Origin: Lingula anatina
Lineage: Eukaryota; Animalia; Brachiopoda
Direction: 5' to 3'
NCBI GenBank assembly: GCA_051362555.1
Contig: CM120642.1
Span: forward strand, 1,178,001-1,242,000
Length of the DNA stretch: 64,000 nucleotides
In this document: piece after piece, positions 13,122 through 23,700 of the stretch
How the letters are laid out: the number at the start of each line of letters is the position of its first letter
How positions within the stretch are numbered: the first letter of the stretch is position 1
The notes under the pieces: generated by a model
Database searches by the model: none
What the model saw: only the letters and a program-made list of their open reading frames with translations
What the model was told of the DNA's origin: nothing
Made by a program: the position numbers and the translations under genes

Positions 13122-16100
13122 TTACTGGGAATTGTCATCATCTAGAGCTCTTTCCAGTTTTTCCCAATCATGGGCACTCACCATACAACATGCATTAACA
13201 TCACTTAGTTTTGGTGGTACATCACTCTTGTTGGCATTTTCTCTACAAATCGGAATTACAAAAGAATTCTTTCCCGAGAAAAGTTTGTGACCAATAGCAT
13301 GATTCACTTCATAATTATACCATCCGTCTTCCGGTTCGCTGCCTGAAATTATAACTAACACTTTAAAGCTATTTTCAATGCTTTCCAATATAGAATCAGT
13401 AATGGTTGTACCTGGAATAAAATCTCTCTCTTTGACACAACCCTTAAAACCTTTCGTGCCCTCTAGAGTAGTTAATAAATGGTAAGACACCCAGTCTGAG
13501 TCTTCTTTTTCTGAGTAAATAACATAAAAATCATACAGCTTTCCTTTCTTGTTTTTAGCATTGCAGGGAGGTGGAGGGATTGATTCTAAAGTGGAATCAC
13601 AACGTTCAAATTTCTTGTTTTTTAAGTCTTTTTGTAACACATTTTCTTCAAAATCTGTCATTGTCGCAGCATCTTTGGTTTTCTTGTCCTCTGTGCTTGG
13701 GGTAGGAGCAGAACTTGACTCCTCACTGGAAGATGGCAGAGCAGGTGTGGGAGGGTGGTCCTGTTCACATGGCACCACTTGTTGGCTTTCACTGCTCCTC
13801 TCTGTTCCTTCTGCATTTTCAGTGTCTTCTGTGGTTTTGGCCACCCTGTCAGTCTACAGTAAAAAAAAGAAAAAAAATAGTTACTTAAACCTAAATCCAG
13901 ATATTTGGGTGTTGTTTTTTAACCTCTAGCACAACCTACCTCCCCAACACACACACACACACGTATGCACAAATATATACACACAAACACAAACACACAC
14001 ACAGAGGAAGAGCTGTGAACTTTTGGCTTTTGTGTTTTCAAGATTGTTTGAAAAGTCTGGCTGTCATCTCTATGAACTGGAAGTACCTGTCGAACTGCTG
14101 TGGTGGATTCTATAAAATATGTATGTATGTGAGGGAAAGGCCACTTTTTAGAGTACTTGAAAAGGCACAGGAAAAACTAATGTCATACTATAGTACCTAG
14201 GAAAGAATTGCCTTCCCTGCACTGTAGTTACTGTTACAGTAACAGATAACATGACAGATTCCTGCTCAGAGGAGTTGGTGAAATAAACCATGATTTTGTC
14301 AGGATATGAAATCATTCTTGTACAGAATCAAACACAACTAACACATGTAAGTTACATTACCATTGCCTTTCTCTCGAATTCTTCATCAACCTCAGCAAGT
14401 TTCCTTACATATCCTAAGAAGAACTCCTTTAGATTACTACCACCACGTAATACCTGAAATTGCAAGATTTGACTAATATTCTACATGTACTTTATTATTC
14501 ATTCCAAGTAATAGCTCATGAACTCCACCCCCCTTTATTTTTACCGTTTTTTTTTTTCCTGGAAACAGTACATAATTGTCAGAAATATAAAATTTATACA
14601 ATTTAGTAACACTGTTTGAATTTAATAAGAAATTACCAAAAAGATGACAGCTACGAAGTATACCTGTTAAACTGTTATTTTATACATGTGTAAATGACTG
14701 GATCTGGTATCTATTACATGTATTGTATAATCTTTTATTCTCACTGAGCACATTCAGAACAGGTGATCCTTGGACTAACTGATCCACGGCCAAATTAAAA
14801 TATGGCTGATCACACTTAAAAGCTAGCTGCTTAATTCCCTGATGGTCTCTCTGCCTCCACACTCACCATTTAATCTCCGCTAGAGGTTTAATTGCTGGGG
14901 CCCCACAGCAACAGTATGTGTGGAGGCAGGGAGACCATCAGGGAATTATGTGGCTTGCTTTTAAGTGGGGCTGGGGTGGGGCTGACCATAATTACTTTGT
15001 GGATCTGTTAGACTGCGGATCAATTTGTTCTCAATGCATTCATTAACAGTAACATCAGCTTCCCAACTCGAGGATCAGAGGCAATATTGCCTCCGGATAT
15101 TGTACCACCAGCTGGAGTAAGTGCATCTGTATGAAAAACCAAAAATAAAGGGATACCACCACCAGTCATGCTCTATAAAATGCAATAAACAATTAAGAGT
15201 TCTCAAAAAAAAAAAGGCGAAAAAACTTAACTGCAAAAATGGTCCAATCAAGCAGATTTTTGAATTGACACATATTTTCCTAACATTAATCACTCCCGTG
15301 ATTTTCTAGACAATAGGCCTATTGTCTTTCCTTGAAATGTGTTATCAGTGTTGTATATACACTGACAAAAGAGAAAACATAGGGGCAACACTGGGCATAT
15401 CTCTGCTAGTTTTGAAGATATGAGGGGCCAGAAAACATGCAAAGTGCAAGTCATCATAAAAAGTAGGTCAAAGGTCAATTTACAGGTCACAGATTGCCAG
15501 TATATGATTTCCTATTCAAGTTCAAAAGTAACTATGGGTGTATCTCTGCCAGTTTTGGAGATGTAAGGGCTGGAAATTTTGCAAAATTCAGTTCATGGTG
15601 AAAATTAGGTCAAAGGTCCATTTCAGGGTCACAGTTATATTGCTAGTACCATATATGACTTCCTATTCAAGTTCAATAGTACATGTAACTATGGGCGTAT
15701 CTTTGCAAGTTTTGGAGTATTTCACATTTTATTTTCACCACTGAATATTGCAATGTTGTACTTTTTGATATAGCACATGTCCTTAACCATATTGAAAACA
15801 AAAAAAAATGGAAACCACTTCGGCTTTTGCACTAGGACAAGTTCTACAAAATGCAAAAAACAAAAGGTCTCTAGCATTTATGGTTCCAGAAATAAAGAGA
15901 GTTTTCAGTTTCGGTATCTAATGGCTGCTTCTCCTGTGAAAATGCACCAACTGACCCCGACTAAAACCATGAGTACCGCCAACGTACACGCTGGCGGTAC
16001 TAATAAATAGGCACAAAATTATACTTTTCTCTACAGCAAACTCTTAGCCTACAAAGTAATTTTTTAAATGATTCAAAATATGAAACATCAAACGTGAAAT

Positions 16101-19100
16101 AATATATATTAAAACATAATCGTTATATCATTATGTATTAGATCAAAAGATGATCAGTGTACATGACTCACTCGAGACAATATATTTCATACTTGCAGAG
16201 GAGGGGGCTTACTTACATCTGCCCCTGCTTCTGTTTGTGACATCTCAACATTGTGCATTTTGGAGGCAGCTTCATCCCCTAATACAGGAGCATCTGCCTG
16301 TACTTCACCAGGACCTGGCCTTGGTTGGTTAGTGCTGTTTTCATAATGTGCTAGTAAGTCACTCAAACCTTTCTTCAAACGGTCTGCTAGCTTCCTCTTG
16401 TTATTCTGCAAAAGATCACTGTACAAATCCACCATGACATCTGGACAGCCTACAAATTTGTCGTCTTTTGGATTCCAAAATCGCTGAATCTCTTTATCTA
16501 GGGTTTTCTGTTGAAATTTGTCACATCCTTCACTAAACCAATACTGAAGTTCTCCTCTTGTTTTCTTGCAAGCTGCTTTGGCTTTTGCATGTTCTGAGAT
16601 GTTTTCTGATTGATTTACAGAATTATTTTCAGGACTCTTTGCCTCCTCAACATCAACATCTCTCAGCCTCTGCTTGTTTTTCTGGCACCATTGTGCAAGG
16701 ATTTCAATCAGCCAGCGGAAGCTAAATATATGAATGCTTTTAGGCTTTTGGGTTTCTATAGCCTTCTTGAAACTTTCAACAGCACTCTTCTCTTGGTCAA
16801 AATCTCTTAAACACCGACCTCTTCTCTGGTGAATACTTGGATCCTTTTCTCCGTCCAAACTTTCCACAGCATGCTTAAAGTTTATAACTGCTTCTAACAT
16901 CTGGTCCTCATCAATGACTTCTCTCCTTTCATTAATACCAAGAAAATGACTTATTTCAGCCAGATTAGCATAGATTTGTGGAGTTGGGTTCCTTTTGACA
17001 GCCTCTTTGTAATACCGTTGAGCAGTCGCCGCCATTGTTTTCTCTGGGAGCTGTCCCTTGCCCGTATTCACTTTGTTATACCACTGGCTTACATACGGGT
17101 ATTTGAACATGTCACCCATAAGATGGTATGCAAACCAATTACTATCTCCATTATCCAATTTTATGGACTTCAAGAGAAGGGTCTTGGCTTTCTCAAAATC
17201 TGCAAAATCTTCATTCCTTTGGCTCAAAAATTTAGCATACCTGTTAAGAATGTCTGTTCTTTTAGGGGTATACTCTTTTGCCAAAATGAAGCAAATTTCA
17301 GGGTTATTGTAGTATTCCTGTAAGTGGTTTTTCTCCATGATATCAGTTATATCATGTTGCAGTTTCCCTTGTAGCTCAAAATCTATGTATGCACAGAACT
17401 TGTTGAAGCCTTCTTGAGATGCATGCTGTGGATGAGTATGATGATGAATTGTTTTTTCTGCTAAATTATGTGTAATGGTATTAGATTCTGTGTGTTTCTT
17501 GTTCTTTGACTTGTTTTCAATGAACACATTGCCCAAAACACAACCCAAGTGAAGCCAGCCTTGTGCTTTGTAATGGTTGTCTTTGCTTTTGGTCACCCTA
17601 TGAAAAAGTTTAATGATTATTTCCAAGGCACTGTTTTTGTCCAAGTTTTTGTGTAATTTTTCCAAAACTGGTTGATTATGGTAAATTTGAGACAAATTGT
17701 GTGCAATAAAAAAACACCATTCAGTTCTTTCCACTTCATCGATTAAATCTCCTGCCTCTTGCCACGCCCGCATGTATGACTCGTGAGCTCGTGCACAATC
17801 TTTGCCGCGTTTTTCCTGCTTTGTTGTTACATGTACATCAAATGCAATCATGTAACCCTGCTCAAATAAACACCTCCCCCGTCGTTTTCTCTCTTCATCA
17901 CTGGGTTCATCTCCACCCATCAACTCGTTTAACTTCTCCAGATAAAGTTCAGCTTTTGCGACACAGGAAAGTTCCCTGTAAACATACTCCAGGTTGGCTA
18001 AGGCATTCAAGTTTGCACTATCTTCTTCAAGAATGCTTTCAAAACTTCTAATACTTTCATTTGTTTTCCCATCTTGGTATTGAAGCACCCCCAGAAGGTT
18101 GAGCATAGCAAATTTATGTGGCCCTGTTTGTAGGGTTAACATATACTTCTGAATGGCTTTTTTGTATCTCATATGCTGTTTATTGGTCAGTGGACTAACC
18201 CTCAGACAAAGTTTTTCAAAACCTAAAACAAACAAACAAAAACATGCTGGTATATATTTGATATATCAAACTCAGCCTGGTTTTCTAACTCTGTCATCCC
18301 TAATATGGGCAAATAAATGTCAGGGTAGACATTGGTGCTGATATCATTAACTGGGGTAGCGCTAGCAATCTATTTCACTTAGCCATATCACCACTTTTTT
18401 GTCAATTTGTTATCAAAATGGTTATAATTTGGCTAAAACATGTCAAATCAAGCCCTTTTGCCCTTTTTCTTTAGCCAATTTCAGTCAGTTTTAGCATTTG
18501 GCTAAATTGGCGAGTGTTAGCGCTACCCCAGATTAAGACAAGGTGTACCAAGTATGTGCAGCTGTGTGGTACGGTAATGGCTAGATCATTTCAAGCAGGT
18601 TTTAAAGTAATAAAATCTTAATATTAGAACAAACCTACTGAATGGTGGTTAAAAGCAGACTACCCAATAGTTCTAATCTATACAGATAAGCAGCAAAATG
18701 CTTCATAGCTTCATGCTTCTAACGGTTCCAAAATTATATATATCTAAAAGAATTGATAATTTTTCTCCGGTTGAAATGTAGCTATTACAGTACAGTCGCA
18801 ATCTGGGAGCCAGCGTTCTGTATCCAATGTTGGCCCACAAAGTGAGTTGGCAAAAAATAATAATAAAAAGTAATTTGATGCCGGTATACAGAATTTCCTT
18901 CCAGAAAAGTAGTCTCAGCAAATCAGTATCAATGTCAACCACCGACACTAATTAGTAATGCTGGGATGGAATGTGTAGAGTAAATCATGGTGCTAAGGAC
19001 ACATAGTCCAATCAAGGAGTTATAACTCCTTGGTCCAATCAACTCACTTTTGACACCTGTCATGGGATACAGAATCATTAAAAAAACTTTTGCTAAATGT

Positions 19101-19644
19101 GTGTGTGTGTGGGGGGGGGGGGGGGGGGGGGGGGGGCTATCTTGCTGGTACCACTGTCCACCTCAATCTAACCCTCTGCATCATCCCAGTGATGTCCAAA
19201 ACTTTCTCACCACTAGCTGCCACATACGTACTGTACTGTAAACTCTCTAGCCTCAGCGGGCAACTACTAGTACTGTACATGTACATGTATACCCACTGAA
19301 GACATGCTCCACTGAGGACAGTAGCGTTTTGGGTTCTGTTGACAAAGTTTAAAATATCTAAACTGATTATGATCAACAATTACATTAAGTTACACAAGTG
19401 TGTTATTATTATACAAATTCATTTCGTGGGTTTTAGATTCATTCATAGGGACAGCATAGGGACAACACAGTAACAGGAAGCGGAAGGCAAAATGCTATTA
19501 AAGAGAAGACTACCACGGGATATGTCTTTACAATGCACCTGCTGCTGTAAACTAGTGGCACGACTTTGATTTTTTAGACTAATTACCTGCCCTGAGAGCT
19601 TTTTCTGGGAGCTTTTTCTGTTCAACAGGCATCGTTGAGGCCAT
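13122..19644 (-). CDS. TTC22-like TPR protein with C-terminal TIR domain, paralogue A (about 960 aa)
   Basis: Exons 19644-19587 (MASTMPVEQKKLPEKALRA-G), 18222-16217 (alternative donor 16193), probable 14453-14361, and 13853-13122; phases 1/0/0 are consistent. TTC22 motifs NLNALANLEYVY, RGRCLFEQGYMIAFDV, ILNRYAKF, NWFAY. TIR motifs YDFYVIYS, DWV, GCVKERDFIPG, VLVIIS, WYNYEV, VIPI. Joining of the TPR and TIR exons is inferred from phase and from the identical layout of paralogue B. Confidence 0.85.
14751..15037. mobile_element. Palindromic MITE in an intron of paralogue A
   Basis: taattccctgatggtctctctgcctccacac pairs with gtgtggaggcagggagaccatcagggaatta. Ends cattcagaac...gttctcaatg match the copies at 12051 and 34018. 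Confidence 0.75.
15340..16006. mobile_element. Degenerate interspersed repeat with internal tandem cores of about 150 bp and a terminal hairpin (possible non-autonomous Helentron-like element)
   Basis: The core aggtcaaaggtc...tatatga(t/c)ttcctattcaagttcaa...gtaactatggg occurs twice. Hairpin agtaccgcca-acgtacacgc-tggcggtact at about 15972-16001. The family assignment is inference. Confidence 0.45.
18351..18531. mobile_element. Small MITE, 14-bp TIR, 5-bp TSD
   Basis: ctggggtagcgcta ... tagcgctaccccag, flanked by attaa on both sides. Confidence 0.8.
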
Positions 19645-19874
19645 ATCTGGAGGGGATTTTTTTTGACTTTAGTCACTGGGCCTTAGTGAATTAGAGATCA
19701 GAAAAATGCCCCGGAATGTGCCACAAGAGGGTAATCATGTCGTAAGCTTGGACTCAAGTGTGCAGAAAAACTTTTGCACTAAAAACTCTACAAATAATGA
19801 AATACTATACAGTTATATAACTGTTCTGATTTTTAAAGATATTTTTAATATGTAAACCTTTCTACGCGAGCTGT

Positions 19875-19898
19875 GGGAACTTCCGGTTGGGATTTCCC
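19875..19898. promoter_or_regulatory. Tandem NF-kB-like sites with an overlapping ETS site in the putative bidirectional promoter
   Basis: GGGAACTTCC (19875-19884) and GGGATTTCCC (19889-19898) both fit GGGRNNYYCC. acttccggt is the reverse complement of the ETS motif ACCGGAAGT. The cluster lies between the ATGs at 19644 (-) and 20794 (+). Confidence 0.6.
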
Positions 19899-20224
19899 CG
19901 ACGGCAAACATACATGTAGAATGAATGCGATGATGATATGGAAAGTTCATTTTAAAATTATGTTTACCGTTTAGGTGGGATGCACACATTTTTGCAGACG
20001 GTAACTCTGTTTCCTTTAACATCAACTTGGTGTTGTTACTTGAATAGTAAATTCATAAAGAAGTCTAAATCGGTGTAAGACATATTTCTCTCCACCGTGC
20101 TTACCACACGTACACTACGGAGGGGAAGTGTTGGGCACTGTTGTACTCAGTAGTATTTCCCCCACTACCGATATAACTCTGTGGCATTCGATGTCTTTTC
20201 TAAATTAATTTACGTGGTGATTAG

Positions 20225-20457
20225 GAGCAATGTCTCTGCTACTCTAATAAATAAGTTTGGCAATTCATTTACTAATTTTAAAATATTTTTACAGGAAACT
20301 TAATGCCTTTCAAAAATCATGAGAGCCGAGGACATCACTGGGGGTGAACACATGCTGTAATCTCATTGGACAAAGAACTTGAAGGTTAAAAAAAAAGGTG
20401 AAACTATAAGGGATTCAATTTCCAAACTAATGTATTTGGATAGCAGAGACATTGCTC
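20225..20457. mobile_element. MITE-like inverted-repeat element between the divergent start codons
   Basis: Perfect 17-bp inverted repeat gagcaatgtctctgcta / tagcagagacattgctc, with imperfect extension on both sides. Confidence 0.65.
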
Positions 20458-20793
20458 AAAGTCACCGCATAACTTATTTTTGATTAGCCCTAAAAATTAG
20501 AGGGTTTCAGGTTGGGGCAGGGGGGGAGGGGGACTGCTGCATGAGTACCGAGTTTTGAGTATGGTAAGATGTCAAACTATGATGATCAATCAACACAGTG
20601 GCTAATTTAAGTCAAAGCATTTTTACATTACAAATAATAATATAATGGTAATAATAACAATAGTTGTAATGGTTCAATTTCCAGTTTTGATCCTTGAGCA
20701 TCCTCAGATGGTCCTATGATGATAAGTTTGATACATAAATGGTAGTCTTTGCTGCATTGTTTCAAGACCCTGTAGCACGCCAGTGTTCTAGTC

Positions 20794-23700
20794 ATGAATG
20801 ACAATACAATCCAGACACAAGAGCTCACCCTCATTCCAGGTAATGTAATATCCTATTTAGTTTTTTCCCATGGTTACTTTGCCTCAGCTTGTGCTTCAAA
20901 CCCTCTAGGCTAAAAATATTCACATCCTGGGGAACTGTGTGTCCATTATGGTAAAATTCCTTAAAAAATTCTTTTGTCTGAGTCCACACACTAGTTTGAT
21001 AGTTTTAGTCTTATTATTCCAGCTATATACAGGGGGTGCATGGACAGCACTACATCTGAAGCTGAGAGTAGCTCTTTGTCTTGTTTGTTAATAGAATAAC
21101 CATGACAACCTGAGATATGATGTGCTTGAAGTACACATTAACAGTGAAAAGGTTTTCTTTAAAACTGCATCACTGAACATTGGCTGAAATCAGTTTAACT
21201 GAATGACACACCTCCTTCTGTTTCCACAGTACTCGTATAATAATCAGCCTTTCTGTATTTTACTTAATAGGAGGAGACATGTTACGTTAAAAACTTGAAA
21301 ATTTTGTCGATCTTGAAAATGTATGAGGGTCAAGAATAAAAGCTGATAAAGATGAAAACCCGAAGGTCAGAGTTTTGAAAATTTTTGTCATACCCAGGAG
21401 TCGGGGGGGGGGGGGGGGGGAGGGTAAAAATTCGTTGGATTTACGGCATTAAAAATATGAATTATTTTTAATTTTCAAGTTTTTACCGTATACAGTTCAG
21501 CTGATTTCAGGCAATGTGAGTCCCTGCAGAGTTGGAGACCGTTCACATGCAAAATTTATTTTCTAAAAATCTATTTTCTATTCGCGGTATCTTGTGATCA
21601 CGGTCTGTGCCCTGAATACCCTGCGGCGTAATTACTGGCAGCGCGGGCCAGTTACTTCCAAAGCTGTAATTAATTCTCGGCTGCCCTTGGAGTGATCACA
21701 AGATACCGCGAATAGAAAATAGATTTTTAGAAAATAGACTTTCTAGATGAATGGTTTCTTGGTTCCATCCACGTAGACTGATGGTGTCTGTGGGAATGGG
21801 GGGGGGGTCTCAGATCAAAAACAAAAGGTTCCATGCCTGTGGGAATCCAGCTCTTTATTTTGACAACACATTTCAGAGATGAATTATAGATTTGATGTGA
21901 TTTTTTTGTTCTAGGATTTGAAAGCCTGGGTCTGCGTGTCAATCCACAAACAAACAAGTTACAAATAAAGTACAAGAAGGCAGTCCAGTTTGACATCTAT
22001 AAACACCAGTCAGGACCTCACAGGAGTGCCCTCCTCAACCTCAGAGCCGTTTTTGAGTATCAAGATGGCGACATCTACAGGAGCATTGAACTGTTTGAAA
22101 AATCCTGCAAACTCGACCCGACCAACCTCAATGCTCTAGCAAGCTTGGAGTATGTTTATCGAGAAGTGGGTGTCTCTAAGAAGGCAGCAGAGTATGGAAA
22201 AAAACTAGAACAGTTGCAGGGAAACCCAACCTGCCGAGCCAGGTGTTTCTTTGAACAGGGTTACATGATAGCATTTGATGTTTTTGTTGAAGCTCAGGGT
22301 GTGACTGGGATCCAGGCCCATGCTTACTACTTGAAGGCATTGGAGATGGTACACAGAAAAGAAGCAGACATAGAACACAGGGAATTATTAGAATGGTGCT
22401 TTTATGTGGCACATAATTTAATCCACATTATTAAGACAGAGGCAGTTATGCACAGTAAGTCTGAGAAAAATAAGTTACACTGCCTTGCCCTAAAACTGTT
22501 CCATGCGGTCACGTTCACAAAGGATGATAATTACAAAGCACAAGCCTGGGCAAGTATTGCACATCTGCTGAGTAGTAGGTGCATTAGAATTGTATCTTCA
22601 AGCCAGGAGGTGCAAAATCATAATTCAAAGGGGAAGAAAAATCCCCAGAAGACTGAGCTTTCTCCAAGAAATGTATCACAGCAGCAATGTAAGTCTGTGA
22701 AGAGCCAGTTTAGCAAAGACCCAAATGCAACTGCAACAAAGTCAAATGTGAAGTCCAAGCCACTGAACAAGCAAAATAGTAAAGATAACATACAGATGAA
22801 ATTCCTGGAGGAATTTTGTGAACAAGTTTACAGTAATGTTCTGGGTTTATCAGCTCAAGAACATCTGCCTGAAGAGAACAGAGCAGGTTCAGGACAGTCC
22901 TCAGAGCAAGCCACAGACACAGACAGGAGTAAAAACAAACGAGATAAACAAGAGGCTCAATCATCAGCTGTTCCAAAGAAGAAAAACCGCAGACAGCATG
23001 GTCATATTAAGGTCCCCCCTGGCTTAAAAGAACTGGGGTTGGTCAAAGCTCCTTACTTTGAGAACAAGGATGAGTTGTGCAAATGTGTTTCTGGATTCTT
23101 TGAGAAAGCTAAAAGTTATGCCCCGTGCTACACAAATATCCTCAACAGATATGCTCATTTTTTATGGCATATTGGCAAAGAAGATGAAGCTATGGAAATA
23201 CACGAGGAGTCGATTGATATTGATAAGTGTGAGAGCAACTGGTTTGCCTTTAAATCCATGGGGGAAAATCTGAGAAAGAAATATAAGGATGAATGGTACG
23301 ATAGAGTGCACCAAAAAAGTGATAAAAACCCAAGGATTGAATTAGCCTTTAAAGCAAAAGAGAAACTTGAAATTGCGGTTCAGCATAATCCTAATCCCCA
23401 GGACTATGCCTACTTGGCTGAAACTTGTCATTTTTTGGGCATAGACACAAATAGACAAGTGACAGATGAGAAAATGCTCCTGAAAGCACTTTACTATTTC
23501 AAGTATGCCACAAATAATTTACAAGGAGGAAGGATCCCAATGTTGCATCATTTGCTAGGGCTGTGCTTGCTTGATCTGGGGGAAAAAAGAAATGCTCTGG
23601 AATCCTTTAAGAATGCTTTGCAATGTCAGGAACCAAACAGCACTTTCACAATATCTTTCCGTTGCATGATGCTAGTACTTTTACAGATTTGCAAGAGTGC

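Noticed and set aside
15903-15912. ISRE-like TTTCAGTTTC in an intron of paralogue A
   Set aside because: It lies in a repeat-derived segment far from the promoter; a single 10-mer in AT-rich DNA is uninformative.
21915-22145. Apparent N-terminal truncation or pseudogenisation of paralogue B (ORF track starts at 22145)
   Set aside because: The frame is open back to the acceptor at 21914 and joins exon 20794-20839 in phase; the ORF caller simply lacked a start codon there.
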